Shown here piece after piece: positions 13,301-24,620 of a stretch of DNA of 64,000 nucleotides. The stretch's first letter is position 1, and each line of letters opens with the position of its first letter. Source of the DNA: Nemertoderma westbladi. Lineage: Eukaryota > Animalia > Xenacoelomorpha. Under the pieces are notes generated by a model that saw only the letters and a program-made list of their open reading frames with translations, did no database searches and was not told the origin of the DNA. The stretch covers positions 47 through 64,046 of the forward strand of contig JAUCBJ010007115.1 of NCBI GenBank assembly GCA_032718475.1, written 5' to 3'. A program made the position numbers and the translations under genes.

Positions 13301-13716
13301 GTTACTGTACCAGTAGTATCTAGGCCTTATTTACGAGTGTCGTTTATTTGCTTATTTTAGGTGTTGCGTCATTGGTCCACCCCCCCCCCCCCCTTTTTTT
13401 TTACAAATTGATAGTATGGAATCTAAGGGAAGACGAAAGAAGTTGCGCCACCCAGTTGGGTAGCACCCACCATTCCCATTGAGGCTGTGCCATAGGTCAG
13501 GACCGACCCTTCACCTTACGGTTTTTTTACATACATCATAGCCTACCGGTTGTTGTGTCTGTGTCTTCCATATTACCGCAGTACCGCGTTTGTGCTGCAT
13601 ACCTATCTGTTATACTTCTGTTATACCATTATACTGTTATACAGTTATATGAGTTGTGATACATATACGTTTGCCTTTGTTGCTGTTCATACACCAGCTT
13701 CTCCTTTACCTTGGCG
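7314..13716 (+). mobile_element. Full-length, apparently intact Ty3/Gypsy LTR retrotransposon
   Basis: 272-bp LTRs 7314-7585 and 13445-13716 with no differences seen; PBS TGGTGGCAGC at 7586 (tRNA-Leu-like); PPT AAGGGAAGACGAAAGAAG before 13444; CAG(C) target duplication. Confidence 0.95.
8004..13004 (+). CDS. Gag-Pol polyprotein (first ATG 8004; frame open from 7875): Gag, Zn knuckle, protease, RT, RNase H, integrase
   Basis: CPFC..H..HFLSSC; LIDSGAE; TDLTSAFYQIPL, AMGMPGS, KLADDLY; TDAAS, ELEALAI; HLELNHP..CHQC, ADVF, RVDPAPAF, PVAEHAI; Gypsy domain order, no stops. Confidence 0.93.
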   Translation: MDRPQFKSPRLVALTKTETITTFENWRQSLLFNISLSPEFKRFTLPGTVWLPATDPDPHRGFTNDGNDVPAATRQSAAAIAHSLEIMLGFISNLAPIVARESIIRDSTSLQSIWQTIRLHYGFQQTGAQFLAFLDHKLELDERPEDLYQRLRAFIDDSLLSPEVGIRHHGIVPTQKESLGPVMENTIVVLWLHLVHPALPRLIAQRYGTNLRLDTIASIKPEISAALPSLLAELNSSEIHTMRSNVYRPSNPRPSRFQSRNGPLSGTSARFSYPQFPRPTPVNTPRTFAGQRSPPVCPFCQLAGRRHDHFLSSCKSLPVSDQRFLSSVRNVDIVDDYADPYAEYSSMPEEQCQDQYLEDCSPSINRVAVSHSPIIQLYYGTTIVDILIDSGAESDLILDTFAHSLGVKVRPNHDQVPAQADGSSRLRVVGDTIFTLERNGLQFLFRGLVVSNLSSPILAGMPFLIYNDISLHPATHSVSFSDGSTLSYRPETNKYHNPPRVRQVSTSCILRAATQSSVVWPGDHLKVLVPPVVGSLPGVLVAPHTKSSLSRRTPSNWFAPMSLPVEDNYISIPNHSPDPIFIQRNSHVGVVTPVMESPHVSLLPGPSVPPTIRSVKVPLIDMIESVKIDPDNIMSYRERAHFHDVLKSYASVFNPQYTGYNGQSGPFEAVVNIGATLPPQRKGRVPQYSRNRLVELQARFDELEQLGVFATPESIGVNVEYLNPSFLVSKPNGGTRLVTAFTEVAKFCKPQPALLPDVNSTLRAIGQFKYLIKTDLTSAFYQIPLQKSSMRYCGVVTPFRGVRVYTRCAMGMPGSETALEELLTRVLGDLLVSGCVIKLADDLYCGGNTVDEAHSAFSQLLQALSANGLCLAASKTIICPKSTTILGWVWSQGTISASSHITSALSSCARPDTMRSLRSFIGSYKTLTRVLPRCSALIGPLDSLLTSSPHEPIQWNDESTAVFHRAQAAIQSCHTVSLTQTTDELFILTDAASSNDGLGAILYAKRDSRMLVAGYYSAKLQTHHHTWLPCELEALAISNAIKHFSPLILNSSLPTQVLTDSKPCVQAYQKMSRGIFSSSPRIFTFLATASQFRVRITHISGNSNLPADFQSRNILPCELQSCQICKFLAESEESPVVRVLPVKPVLQAHTTLAPNNSIDICPRPVYANRSAWLATQREDPELARVSSYLSYGTRPGKKDTHSRDIKRYLGCAIIASDGLLIVRHDRPFSSVRESIVVPRSSLPGLLMSLHLELNHPSRTQLRKVFLRYFFALDLDSTLDTTIRSCHQCVALSTAPPQLIPQSASNPPAVLGISFAADVFRQHRQYILLVRETLSSFTTSCEIADERSETLRNALILLTSNLVPISGPPAVIRVDPAPAFKSLDGDAFLLRHNIRLEIGNPKNINKNPVAEHAIGELKRELLRHQPAGGPFSAVVLAVCTARVNALLRSSGLSAREILFARDQNTGDQIPVSDVSLSITQRQRRDENHDASARSKTPRPRLLPSSPPIRVGDLVYLRSDDHKLHARCRYLVASIDGEWASIRKFVGTQYRTLAYRVPLHDCYSIPSISPVCNPTPSESDDDDVEVLTPVDKMGSVKPAEGHRSDGDEFTIPAPSTPSSETPLPLSRADCDEVSPVVAPPDPIPPQDAASRWPRRTRNPPKYYGYPNQ

Positions 13717-14458
13717 CAGCAAAGAACTGACTAGCAAAGAACTGACTAGTTGTAATTTATTGTACATATCAAAGAACCAAATTGATACTGAATTAGCGTC
13801 ACTTCCACCATTATATAAGTGCCCAACATCTGTGGCAGGGACGTTGAAACTACATTATATAAAGGCGAACCAGTATGCTTTCCAATATCGCGAGCTATCC
13901 TCCTACACAGCCGTTTCTGCATTAATGGCCGGTTTCCTTTGAAGCAGCCTGTCTTCGATGAAAAATTTTTAGGTTTCGAAATGAATGGATAAACAACTAT
14001 TTAAGTACTGGTAGTAATAACTAGAATGAGAAACTAAAAAACTAACCAAGTGAAAATAACCTAGGAAATAATAATTCATTAATGTGTTTAAAATTAATGA
14101 AATTTCTTTGTATTTACCTAATATAATGGAATAATGCTTCAAAATGAGCTCCGAAATAAATTAATTGAATAATTTATTTTTAATCTAATATATACTCTAC
14201 AGTTTTGAATCAATTTAGTTCATGGTCTACACAAATCCTTCACAAAAATATACATTTAATGAATACCATGAGCAACCACCTACAAACTCAGTTTTTGGAC
14301 CATATGGACTTAATGTTATGTTATTTTTATGTTTCATTGCCAGATTCGAATTCAGCTCGTCAAGAGCTTTCGAATGGTATAATATTAAATGTTCCTATAT
14401 TTTGTCAAATTTAAAATGTCACTCAAAAGTTTCGCTTATGTAACATTTATTTTGACTT

Positions 14459-14960
14459 GTGCGCGATACACACTCTTACAGTACCAGAGCTAGTGCTTCA
14501 AACTTTTACCTCCCGAATTGTAAATCCTTCGAATCTGATACTTTCTTTTTTAACGGTATTAAAAATTGGAACGCTCTGCCTAATGAAATTAAAAACCTAG
14601 ATAATCAACATTCTTTTAAATCTGCAGTTAAATCTCACCTCCGTGTGCAATGTAAAAATAGGTACAATAGTCCTACAGTAAGTTATTAGTTTATTAATTA
14701 TTTACTATTTATACTGTAATTACGTTTTATAATAAATTGTTCTGTACATTACATCTTTATTGTTGAGTCGGGCATTGCGTAGTGTAATATTGTATTTGTA
14801 ACCAAGTAACATATACGTAGGACCCCCTTGGAAATAAGCTGCAAAGCTTTAGGGGTAATCCTACTGTATATGTTATGTTGGACAATACCTTTATACCGGT
14901 ACATTGTTTGGTGTATTTGTTATTGTTTTTACATAATGTATAAGTAAATATATCTATCTA
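14459..14960 (+). mobile_element. 3' end of the CR1/L2-group LINE begun at 3538
   Basis: HSYSTR..TFFFNGIKNWNALPNEIK..FKSAVKSHL; 3' UTR stem-loop GTAGGACCCC..GGGGTAATCCTAC; short (TATC)n-like tail. Confidence 0.8.
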
Positions 14961-15419
14961 ACATGAACCTTATTTATGCGCGCGTAAAAATCAGAATTAT
15001 TAACTCGAGATATGCCCGCGTATAAATCAAATTAAAGCGATTTTTGATCGGGTAAATATTATATTTTATTTTTATGACGCATCCAAAAACAGATCGTTGT
15101 TACAGACTACTAACACAGTGCCCGCAGTCGTTGACTAAATGACTATGTCTAGTACTGATAGCATTGACGGACCACATCAAACCAGTTCATCCTGAATTTT
15201 ACACAACATCTACCAACCAGTCGTTTAACTTTAGTTGTTGTTAGTAGATAAGATACCTAGGTAAATTCATAATCAATTGCTAAAATCTATGTTTTGGGTT
15301 TAAATTTGTGTGTCACATTTAAGATTTTGTCTAAGATTCGGCTAAGATTCATTTTTTTACTATTAACTGGAATATCTACGGACTAGGTATGCCCTAACTA
15401 AACTACTGTACTACAGTAA

Positions 15420-15915
15420 CGATGTTGTTGCCTACCACTTGAGGGAAAGGAGCAGGTTACAGGGCGGGCTTTTCTAACCAAAACAATAAACGATATTGTT
15501 ACCAATTGAGGGAAAGGAGCAGGTTACAGAGGCGGGCTTTTCTAACCAAAACAATAAACGATATTGTTACCAATTGAGGAAATGGAGCAGGTTACATAGG
15601 CGGGAGTTTCTAACCAAAACAATAAACGATATTGTTACCAACTAAGGGAAAGGAGCAGGTTACAGAGGCGGAATTTTCTAAACGAAACAATAAACGATGT
15701 TGTTTACCTAACAATCGAGAGAAAGGAGCAAGTTACAGAGGCAGGCTTTTCTAACCAAAACAATTAACGTTGTTATCTACCAATATTGAAGGAAAGGAGT
15801 AGTTTACAGAGGCGGCTTTTCTAGACAAAACAATAAAAGGTTGTTTTTATCTAACAATCGAGAGAAAGGAGCAGGTTACAGAGGCGTGCTTTTCTATCCA
15901 AACAATAAACATTGT
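15420..15915. repeat. About 59-bp tandem repeat, about 8 copies
   Basis: Unit GAGGGAAAGGAGCAGGTTACAGAGGCGGGCTTTTCTAACCAAAACAATAAACGATATTGTTACCAATT-like; one inverted unit at about 35860-35930. Confidence 0.9.
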
Positions 15916-16534
15916 TATTCACATCTTCCCACATTCCCATCAAGCTTCCTACAAATCCCATGAACCTTCCTATCTTCCCACCCAGCCACCATCCCACATT
16001 GCCATCCACATTCCCACATTTCCATCTTCCTACATTCCCATCCACCTTCCCACATTCCCGTCTTCCTCATTCCCACCCACCTTCCCACATTCCCACCCAC
16101 CTTCCCACATTCCCATCCACCTTCCCATCCACCTTCCCATCCACCTTCCCACCCACCTTCCAACATTCCCACCCACCTTCCCACATTCCCTTCCACCTTC
16201 CCACATTCCCATCCACCTTCCCACATTTCCATCTTCCTACATTTCCATCCACATTCATATCTTCCCATATTCCCATCATCCCACATTCCCATCTTCCTAC
16301 ATTCCCCTCCACCTTCCCACATTCCCATCCACCTTACCATCTTCCCACATTCCCATCCACCTTCCCACATTCCCATCCACCTTCCCATCTTCCCACATTC
16401 CCATCCACCTTCCCACATTCCCATCCACCTTTCTACATCTACATCTTCCCACATTCCCGTCCACCTTCCCACATCCCCTTCTTCCCGCATCCCCACCTTC
16501 CCTCATTTCCATCTTCCTACATTCCCATCCACAT
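15916..16534. repeat. C-rich simple repeat (CCCACATT / CCATCCACCTT), continuing at 17193-17484
   Basis: Seen directly; the other strand is a series of GGG runs. Confidence 0.95.
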
Positions 16535-17192
16535 TGTGACGGGATCGTGGAGTTGGCAGTGAGATCCCGACCGGGATAGATTGTACGCGTCACTTTGTTG
16601 CTGGGCTGCTGGGCAAACGGGATAATATCTTTGGCCAAAGGCCGATGGGAAAACAATACAGATCGTTTCTCAGTATTAATAATCACAGCGATAATAGCAC
16701 AGTCAGACTGATAATTATGAGTTGATCATATAACAGTATACCTGGTATAGTAACAGCAACAGTATAGTATAAAATGACGGTCAAAAACTATGCCGGTTTA
16801 CAACCGTGAGGAAATAAACTGACCGGTAATCAGTAATTAGAATGATTATATAATTGACACATATTGGTTTCAGCCCTACACTACTGTGTGACCTCTGGTA
16901 ACCAATGGATGCGTTCCTATCCTCCCAATCTACTTCCTTGCCAGCTATTGGCTTAACTATTAATTCTCGCCTCGCCACTCCCTCTTGGTGTTACCCCCTG
17001 CTGCTAGCCTCACTAGCTGGTTTGTCCCTCTGAGGTGGTTTGACCTCTCACCTCTCTCTGTGGCTTATGGCGTGTATCCCCCCCCCCAGTTGGTTATGAG
17101 GCGAGATTATTACTCGCATCGCCAACTATATCGGTAAAATGCCACTGGTCCCATTTTGGGGTGGGAAATGTAGGGAATTGAATCCGCTTACA
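16535..17192. mobile_element. Solo LTR, 658 bp, inserted in the C-rich repeat
   Basis: TGTGACGG...CCGCTTACA termini with 5-bp target duplication CACAT (16530-16534 and 17193-17197). Confidence 0.8.
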
Positions 17193-19850
17193 CACATTCA
17201 TATCTTCCCACATTCCCATCTTAACACATTCCCATCTTCCTCATTCCCACCCACCTTCCCACATTCCCATCCACCTTCCCACATTCCCATCCACCTTCCC
17301 ACATTCCCACCCACCTTCCAACATTCCCATCTTCCTACATTCCCCTCCATCTTCCCACATTTCCATCCACCTTCCCATCTTCCCACATTCCCATGCACCT
17401 TCCCACATTCCCATCTTCCTACATTCCAATCTTCCCACATTCCCATCTTCCTACATTCCCATCCACCTTCCCACATTCCCATCTGTTAGCGCTTTTAACA
17501 AATTATGTTCCTTCAATCTCAATTTCGTATATTTTTGACTTGTAGTAATTTGAGTTGAGAATTCATGCATTTATGACGCTCTAAACTGCTGGTCTGACAC
17601 AATAAACGGGATTGCGCTAGTGTACCTGTCAACAAGGGCCACTTACTGTATCGATCACTTCCCCTTTGCCTTCCTCTCATAAGTTGGTTTACTCTATAAC
17701 TTATTTGGTTCAATACGGTATTTGATTATCTACACACACACACCTCACTACACAACTTACAGTACTTTAATGTGTGTGGAGAGCAACCTGATATTTTCAT
17801 GCCGCTCTATACACACACACCTCACTACACAACTTTACAGTACTTTAATGTGTGTGGAGAGCGACATGATATTTTCATGCTGCTCTACACACACACACCT
17901 ATTGGCTTATTACCCACAGCTATTGGCTTAACTATTAATTCTCGCCTCGCCACTCCCTCTTGGTGTTACCCCCTGCTGCTAGCCTCACTAGCTGGTTTGT
18001 CCCTCTGAGGTGGTTTGACCTCTCACCTCTCTCTGTGGCTTATGGCGTGTATCCCCCCCCCCAGTTGGTTATGAGGCGAGATTATTACTCGCATCGCCAA
18101 CTATATCGGTAAAATGCCACTGGTCCCATTTTGGGGTGGGAAATGTAGGGAATTGAATCCGCTTACACACATTCATATCTTCCCACATTCCCATCTTAAC
18201 ACATTCCCATCTTCCTCATTCCCACCCACCTTCCCACATTCCCATCCACCTTCCCACATTCCCATCCACCTTCCCACATTCCCACCCACCTTCCAACATT
18301 CCCATCTTCCTACATTCCCCTCCATCTTCCCACATTTCCATCCACCTTCCCATCTTCCCACATTCCCATGCACCTTCCCACATTCCCATCTTCCTACATT
18401 CCAATCTTCCCACATTCCCATCTTCCTACATTCCCATCCACCTTCCCACATTCCCATCTGTTAGCGCTTTTAACAAATTATGTTCCTTCAATCTCAATTT
18501 CGTATATTTTTGACTTGTAGTAATTTGAGTTGAGAATTCATGCATTTATGACGCTCTAAACTGCTGGTCTGACACAATAAACGGGATTGCGCTAGTGTAC
18601 CTGTCAACAAGGGCCACTTACTGTATCGATCACTTCCCCTTTGCCTTCCTCTCATAAGTTGGTTTACTCTATAACTTATTTGGTTCAATACGGTATTTGA
18701 TTATCTACACACACACACCTCACTACACAACTTACAGTACTTTAATGTGTGTGGAGAGCAACCTGATATTTTCATGCCGCTCTATACACACACACCTCAC
18801 TACACAACTTTACAGTACTTTAATGTGTGTGGAGAGCGACATGATATTTTCATGCTGCTCTACACACACACACCTATTGGCTTATTACCCACAGCTATTG
18901 GCTTAACTATTAATTCTCGCCTCGCCACTCCCTCTTGGTGTTACCCCCTGCTGCTAGCCTCACTAGCTGGTTTGTCCCTCTGAGGTGGTTTGACCTCTCA
19001 CCTCTCTCTGTGGCTTATGGCGTGTATCCCCCCCCCCAGTTGGTTATGAGGCGAGATTATTACTCGCATCGCCAACTATATCGGTAAAATGCCACTGGTC
19101 CCATTTTGGGGTGGGAAATGTAGGGAATTGAATCCGCTTACACACATTCATATCTTCCCACATTCCCATCTTAACACATTCCCATCTTCCTCATTCCCAC
19201 CCACCTTCCCACATTCCCATCCACCTTCCCACATTCCCATCCACCTTCCCACATTCCCACCCACCTTCCAACATTCCCATCTTCCTACATTCCCCTCCAT
19301 CTTCCCACATTTCCATCCACCTTCCCATCTTCCCACATTCCCATGCACCTTCCCACATTCCCATCTTCCTACATTCCAATCTTCCCACATTCCCATCTTC
19401 CTACATTCCCATCCACCTTCCCACATTCCCATCTGTTAGCGCTTTTAACAAATTATGTTCCTTCAATCTCAATTTCGTATATTTTTGACTTGTAGTAATT
19501 TGAGTTGAGAATTCATGCATTTATGACGCTCTAAACTGCTGGTCTGACACAATAAACGGGATTGCGCTACAAGGGCTGTCAACAAGGGCCACTTACTGTA
19601 TCGATCACTTCCCCTTTGCCTTCCTCTCATAAGTTGGTTTACTCTATAACTTATTTGGTTCAATACGGTATTTGATTATCTACACACATACACACCTCAC
19701 TACACAACTTACAGTACTTTAATGTGTGTGGAGAGCAACCTGATATTTTCATGCCGCTCTATACACACACACCTCACTACACAACTTTACAGTACTTTAA
19801 TGTGTGTGGAGAGCGACATGATATTTTCATGCTGCTCTACACACACACAC
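16942..19850. repeat. 975-bp tandem triplication
   Basis: Identical ORFs at 17139, 18114 and 19089; unit starts CAGCTATTGGCTTAACT at 16942, 17917 and 18892. Confidence 0.95.
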
Positions 19851-20157
19851 CTCACTACACAACTTACATTACTTTAATGTGTGTGGAGAGCGACATGATA
19901 TTTTCATGCTGCTCTACACACACACACCTCACTACACAACTTACATTACTTTAATGTGTGTGGAGAGCGACATGATATTTTCATGCTGCTCTATACACAC
20001 ACACCTCACTACACAACTTTACAGTACTTTAATGTGTGTGGAGAGCAACCTGATATTTTCATGCCGCTCTATACACACACACCTCACTACACAACTTACA
20101 GTACTTTAATGTGTGTGGAGAGCAGCATGATATTTTAATGCCTCTCTACACACACAT
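19680..20157. repeat. 77-78 bp minisatellite with internal inverted repeat, about 6 copies
   Basis: CTCTACACACACACACCTCACTACACAACTTACAGTACTTTAATGTGTGTGGAGAGCGACATGATATTTTCATGCTG repeated. Confidence 0.9.
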
Positions 20158-20710
20158 TTCAGAGGAAAATCATGTGGTATGTATGTGAGTGCAGCTGATG
20201 TAATACTACAGTAATAACTATGTTACATTCGATCCTTATTCAGTTATTACACAGTATTACGTTCGGTCTGTCATCAACCATAATCTGTTAATGGCCTATG
20301 CTATCTCAGTATCCAGGTATCTGTCTATGCCTGTATGCTGCTGTCACCAGGTCACTGCATTATCTGATTTCACAGTTGTACTGTGTACTGCAGTACCGGT
20401 ACTGTCTGACTGTTGTAAGCCTCCTAGCGTGTATTTGGTACTTAGTACCGCCAGTACCGGTACCTGATATTTGGACTATGGTACAAGCAGACAAGGGACA
20501 ACAAGTGGTAACTGTGGTACCGGTAGGCCTCCGCCTCGCCTACTGACATATCTACCTATCAGCCTATGCCTGTACTATGTACCCTACAGCCCTATGCTGT
20601 TGGCGGTGGCAGCGTGGCGTGCAGGCGTGGCAGGTACCGGGCAGCCGGGTACATAATATCCGTTGCCAGGAATTTTGAGCTTTAAATTGCAGAATTGATA
20701 ACGGTCTGAC

Positions 20711-21330
20711 GGTTCTATCACATTTGAGGCACAGCTGCACGCACAGTGACAAACACGAAACACCTTTCCCAAGTCAACCAGTCTGCCAGTGGCCATTTTT
20801 GGACCGATTTGTCTCAAATTTCACACATACACTCTCTGACCTACAGACCTACCGGTATGTGTAACTTCGTAGAAAATAAATTTTAAATTAGGGTTATTTT
20901 CCGCTTCGAGCGGCACGATTGAAAATCGTGAGTTTTTTCTCAGAAAGTCAATTTTTGTCTGTTTTCAAATGTGCACCATTTCCTCAATTTTTCTTCAATT
21001 TGCCGGAAAATCTACAGACAGACTGACAGACACCACATGCCACAGGCTGCCAGGTCGTGTATTTAATGTGGTGTAAATTTTACGGCTGCAGAGGACGATG
21101 TGCCCTTCGCGCAGCACGTGAAAAACTGTATTTTCTATATAAATACTTAACTTAATTTGACCACTGTCAGTACCGCCCTTCCAGTAGGGCCTACCAGATT
21201 ACCGCACTACAGCACTACCGGTACCTACTGCACTGTAAGCTGGTAAGTAGGCAATCAACTATTCAAATAATATTTTAAATGGGGGTTTTCAATTGTACTG
21301 GCAGCACTGGGGGAGGGGGAATATTCAGTT
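20711..21330 (+). repeat. Left arm of a long inverted repeat (partner 29112-29668)
   Basis: GGTTCTATCACATTTGAGGCACAG..GATTTGTCTCAAATTT..GGTCGTGTATTTAATGTGGTGTAAATTT matches the reverse complement of 29112-29668 with indels. Confidence 0.85.
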
Positions 21331-21418
21331 TGGGGTACCCACACCAGCACACTGCCATTATTGGATTTTTATACTGTATGAAACTCGCAAGTTACAGTAG
21401 TGGCGGCCTCAACCCTAA

Positions 21419-21609
21419 TTAAAACTGTCATGTAACCAGTAAGTGTGTAACCATAACCCTAAGTCAGTAAGTCGAATAATCTAAGAAATTTAGCGGAATT
21501 TCTGCCATTATTACCATTAACAGGCCTTACAGCCTTGTGGCAATAATATCAGAAATTCCGCTAAATTTCTTAGATTATGACTTGGGTTAGGGTTGCATGA
21601 CAGTTTTAA
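21419..21609. mobile_element. Palindromic MITE bounded by TTAA
   Basis: TTAAAACTGTCATG..CATGACAGTTTTAA ends; perfect 28-bp inner stem TAATCTAAGAAATTTAGCGGAATTTCTG / CAGAAATTCCGCTAAATTTCTTAGATTA. Confidence 0.65.
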
Positions 21610-21625
21610 CGGTCCTACGAATTAC

Positions 21626-22459
21626 TAGGGCTCGATCGGAGTTGGGATTTGGCCGGAGCAGGAGCCGGAGTTGGACAATTTGGCCGGAGCCGGAGCAGGA
21701 GCCGGAGTTTTTCAAAAATTTTAAAAAATTAATTATTTATTTAAAAAAAATAAAGTATGGTTATCGTTCGCCAATTGCCAATCGCTCATAATCAATCATA
21801 CTGCTGTACTGTAGGTCTAATTAATTTCATAATTTATAGATTTACGAATTTTCAATTTAACATTTAAGTAATTAATTTATCACGGACAGACGGCCTGACG
21901 CTGACGGCTAAAAATTACCTACAGTGCTACAGTATACCTAACTCACTAACTGTCAGACTGTCTAACTGTGGTAGAGGTGTGTACTGTAGGTAGCCTACCG
22001 CTGTACCGTACGTCTGTACGTGTACCAGTACTGCAGTACATTATGCTGGCATGACAGTCAGTAAATGGCTGCAGTCAGGCAGTGGCTGAGTGGTACAGTG
22101 TACAATCATAGCATTTACAACAATTTTTTACAGTAGGTAGGGCTGTAGGGCCTATCTGTAACAGTCTGCTAGTCAGCCAGCTGGCCAGTACCAGTACTGC
22201 AGTACAGTCAGTCAGTCAGTGCAGCAGTGATTGACTAGGTAAATACTGCAGTATTATGCTTGATATTGAAGCTGTACTACAGTACGGTACTTATAGCAGT
22301 ATAGTGTCAGAGTATAGATAATTGTTCAGATTAGAATATGCACGAAATATAATACTTTATTAAAAAATTAACTCCGGCAATATTTTTACCGGAGCCGGAG
22401 CAGGAGCCGGAGGTGCCAAAATGGCCGGAGCCGGAGGCCGGAGCTCCGATCGAGCCCTA
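21626..22459 (+). mobile_element. Non-autonomous hAT element, copy 1
   Basis: TIR TAGGGCTCGATCGGAG; 8-bp TSD CGAATTAC; subterminal GCCGGA repeats. Confidence 0.92.
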
Positions 22460-22813
22460 CGAATTACCCCAAAACACCCCAAAATAGCAGGCCCTATAAA
22501 ACTACCCCAAAATAGTTTAGAATTACCCCAAAATACCCCAAAATACTTTTTTTGAGCCTTTATTTTGGAAATTTAATTTACCCCAAAATATGGCAAAATG
22601 ACGAATTACCGGTAGGCCTACCCCAAAATAATGCAGTTAGGGAGCACTAGGCCTACTCAAAATGGGGGTGGACGGACACCGCGAATGGGGGTGGCTCTTT
22701 CTGTAAAATTTCGCATTTTATAAGAAATATCGACCCAGATTATTCTACATTGGGCTGGACTGACACTGAATCATTACAAATTATCAAAGAGTGCCAACGT
22801 TTAACCTGTCCAC

Positions 22814-23566
22814 TAGGGCTCGATCGGAGCTCCGGCTCCGGCCATTTTGGCACCTCCGGCTCCTGCCTGCTCCGGCTCCGGTAAAAATATTGCCGGAGTT
22901 AATTTTTTAATAAAGTATTATATTTCGTGCATATTCTAATCTGAACAATTATTTACACTATAAGTACTGAAGTAAGTACTGTAGTCTAGCTTCAATATCA
23001 AGCATAATACCGGTACTGCAGTACTGCAGTATTTACTTAAAGTCAATGACTGACTGACTGTACTGCAGTACTGGTACTGGCCAGCTGGCTGACTAGCAGA
23101 CTATTACAGATAGGCCCTACTGTAAAAAATTGTAAATGCTATGAATGTACACTGTAGCTGTACCACTGTAGCCATTTACTGCTGTCATGCCATGCCAGCT
23201 GCCAGCATACTGTACTGCAGTACTGGTACACGTACGGTAGGCTACCTACAGTACACATCTCTACCACGGTTAGTGAGTTAGGTAGGCTACTGTAGGTAAT
23301 TTTTAGCCGTCACGTCAGGCCGTCTGTCCGTGATAAATTAATTACTTAAATTTTAAATTGAAAATTCGTAAATCTATAAATTATGAAATTAATTATACCT
23401 ACAGTATGATTGATTTTGAGCGATTGGCGAACGATAACCATACTTTATTTTTTTTAAATAAATAATTAAATTTTTAAAATTTTTGAAAAACTCCGGCTCC
23501 GGCCAAATTGTCCAACTCCGGCTCCTGCTCCTGCTCCGGCCAAATCCCAACTCCGATCGAGCCCTA
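22814..23566 (-). mobile_element. Non-autonomous hAT element, copy 2, opposite orientation
   Basis: Same TIR; its own 8-bp TSD CTGTCCAC; interior is a diverged reverse complement of copy 1. Confidence 0.92.
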
Positions 23567-24487
23567 CTGTCCACCCAGATTTGTAACTAGGCTGGCCTAG
23601 CAGCATGACGCCAAGCCATATTTTATCCAACCTGGTGATTGACAGCAATGTTAATCAGGGCAGGGGTTCAGTACTTGGCTGCAGAGTTGTCCTAGAGCAA
23701 GTCTGCAGGTGGGCTGTTTTATCTTCCATTGGTCAATTATTTCAGATTCAGTCCTATCTTTATCTATCTGCCTTTAGCTAAATAGGCAATTTCTGAATTA
23801 GTAGGCATACACTCTACTGATAGTTATTAGCCAGGGCAGAGATGCAGAGACAGAGAGACTAAAAGTTCCCCTTGAACAAAGCATACCTGCCGGCACTAAT
23901 AACATAAGCACATGATAGCCAGATCAGTGACATATTAATATGGTCTACCTATCAGAGGCTAAGGCAGAGGTCTAATCAGGGCTGGCTGTAAGAAGCCTGT
24001 TGCAGCTGTGTACTTGTTGAGCTTGAGGCACTCCTTCCTTATTAAATAGCGTAGCAGCCAAATGCCAGCTATACATTAATAGCCGTTGGTGTGATTGTCT
24101 TCCAGAAGAACCGTCCAGTCAGCGTTAAATTGACTGGGTCTAGTTTTGGGACAAATTGGGTAGACTTCACCAAACGGTTGAGCTGATTTTTTAGAGGGTC
24201 TTAAACATAGCAACGGAGGAAACTGCCATAGCAACAGCTCTTACTGTCTTATAGTTCAGCTCTTATCTGTAGATATGATGAGTTAAAATTTATGGAAGAT
24301 TACTATTTTGGATATATATGAAGAATTCAATGGCATATTTAGTTTTTTGAAAATACCATAGCAACCGTGAAAAGTGAAAACGACCCTCAAAGTTAGCAGT
24401 ATTGACAATGTTAGTAGCGACGGGCTTTACAGGTTACAGTTTCATAGTCGGCTACACGAACTGGAGTTTTTGTTTAAGTATTATGTA

Positions 24488-24620
24488 GCAAGCAAAGCAA
24501 AGCAAGCAAGCAAGCAAACAGTCGGCCGAAGCCGGAGGCGACCCGAAGGCTCCTCTTTCGATAGCTGCTACCCAAGGGTAGGGGTGGGCGCTACTCCTAT
24601 CCCAAGATTTGCTCCCAGTA
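24488..24620 (-). mobile_element. Probable 3' fragment of a SINE with (TTGC)n tail
   Basis: (GCAA)n run followed by GGCGACCCGAAGGCTCCTCTTTCGATAGCT..GGGCGCTACTCC, resembling an invertebrate SINE sequence recalled from memory; not verified. Confidence 0.4.

Larger units (their letters stand above)
4291..14458 (+). mobile_element. Decayed DNA transposon with Sola2-like DDE transposase, inserted in the CR1 LINE
   Basis: Inverted ends AAGTCAAAATATATGTTACAT (4291-4311) and ATGTAACATTTATTTTGACTT (14438-14458); subterminal TGTAGACC(G/A)TGA repeats; the CR1 reading resumes at 14459. Superfamily is assigned from remembered motifs. Confidence 0.7.

Noticed and set aside
15851-19439. Pro/His/Phe-rich and Gly/Trp-rich ORFs
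   Set aside because: Translations of the C-rich simple repeat; open on both strands because the repeat lacks stops.
19680-20157. Regular repeats with a hairpin, superficially CRISPR-like
   Set aside because: No unique spacers, no cas genes, eukaryotic context.
21405-21595. TTAGGG / CCCTAA hexamers as telomeric remnants
   Set aside because: Isolated copies in or beside a palindromic MITE, not an array.
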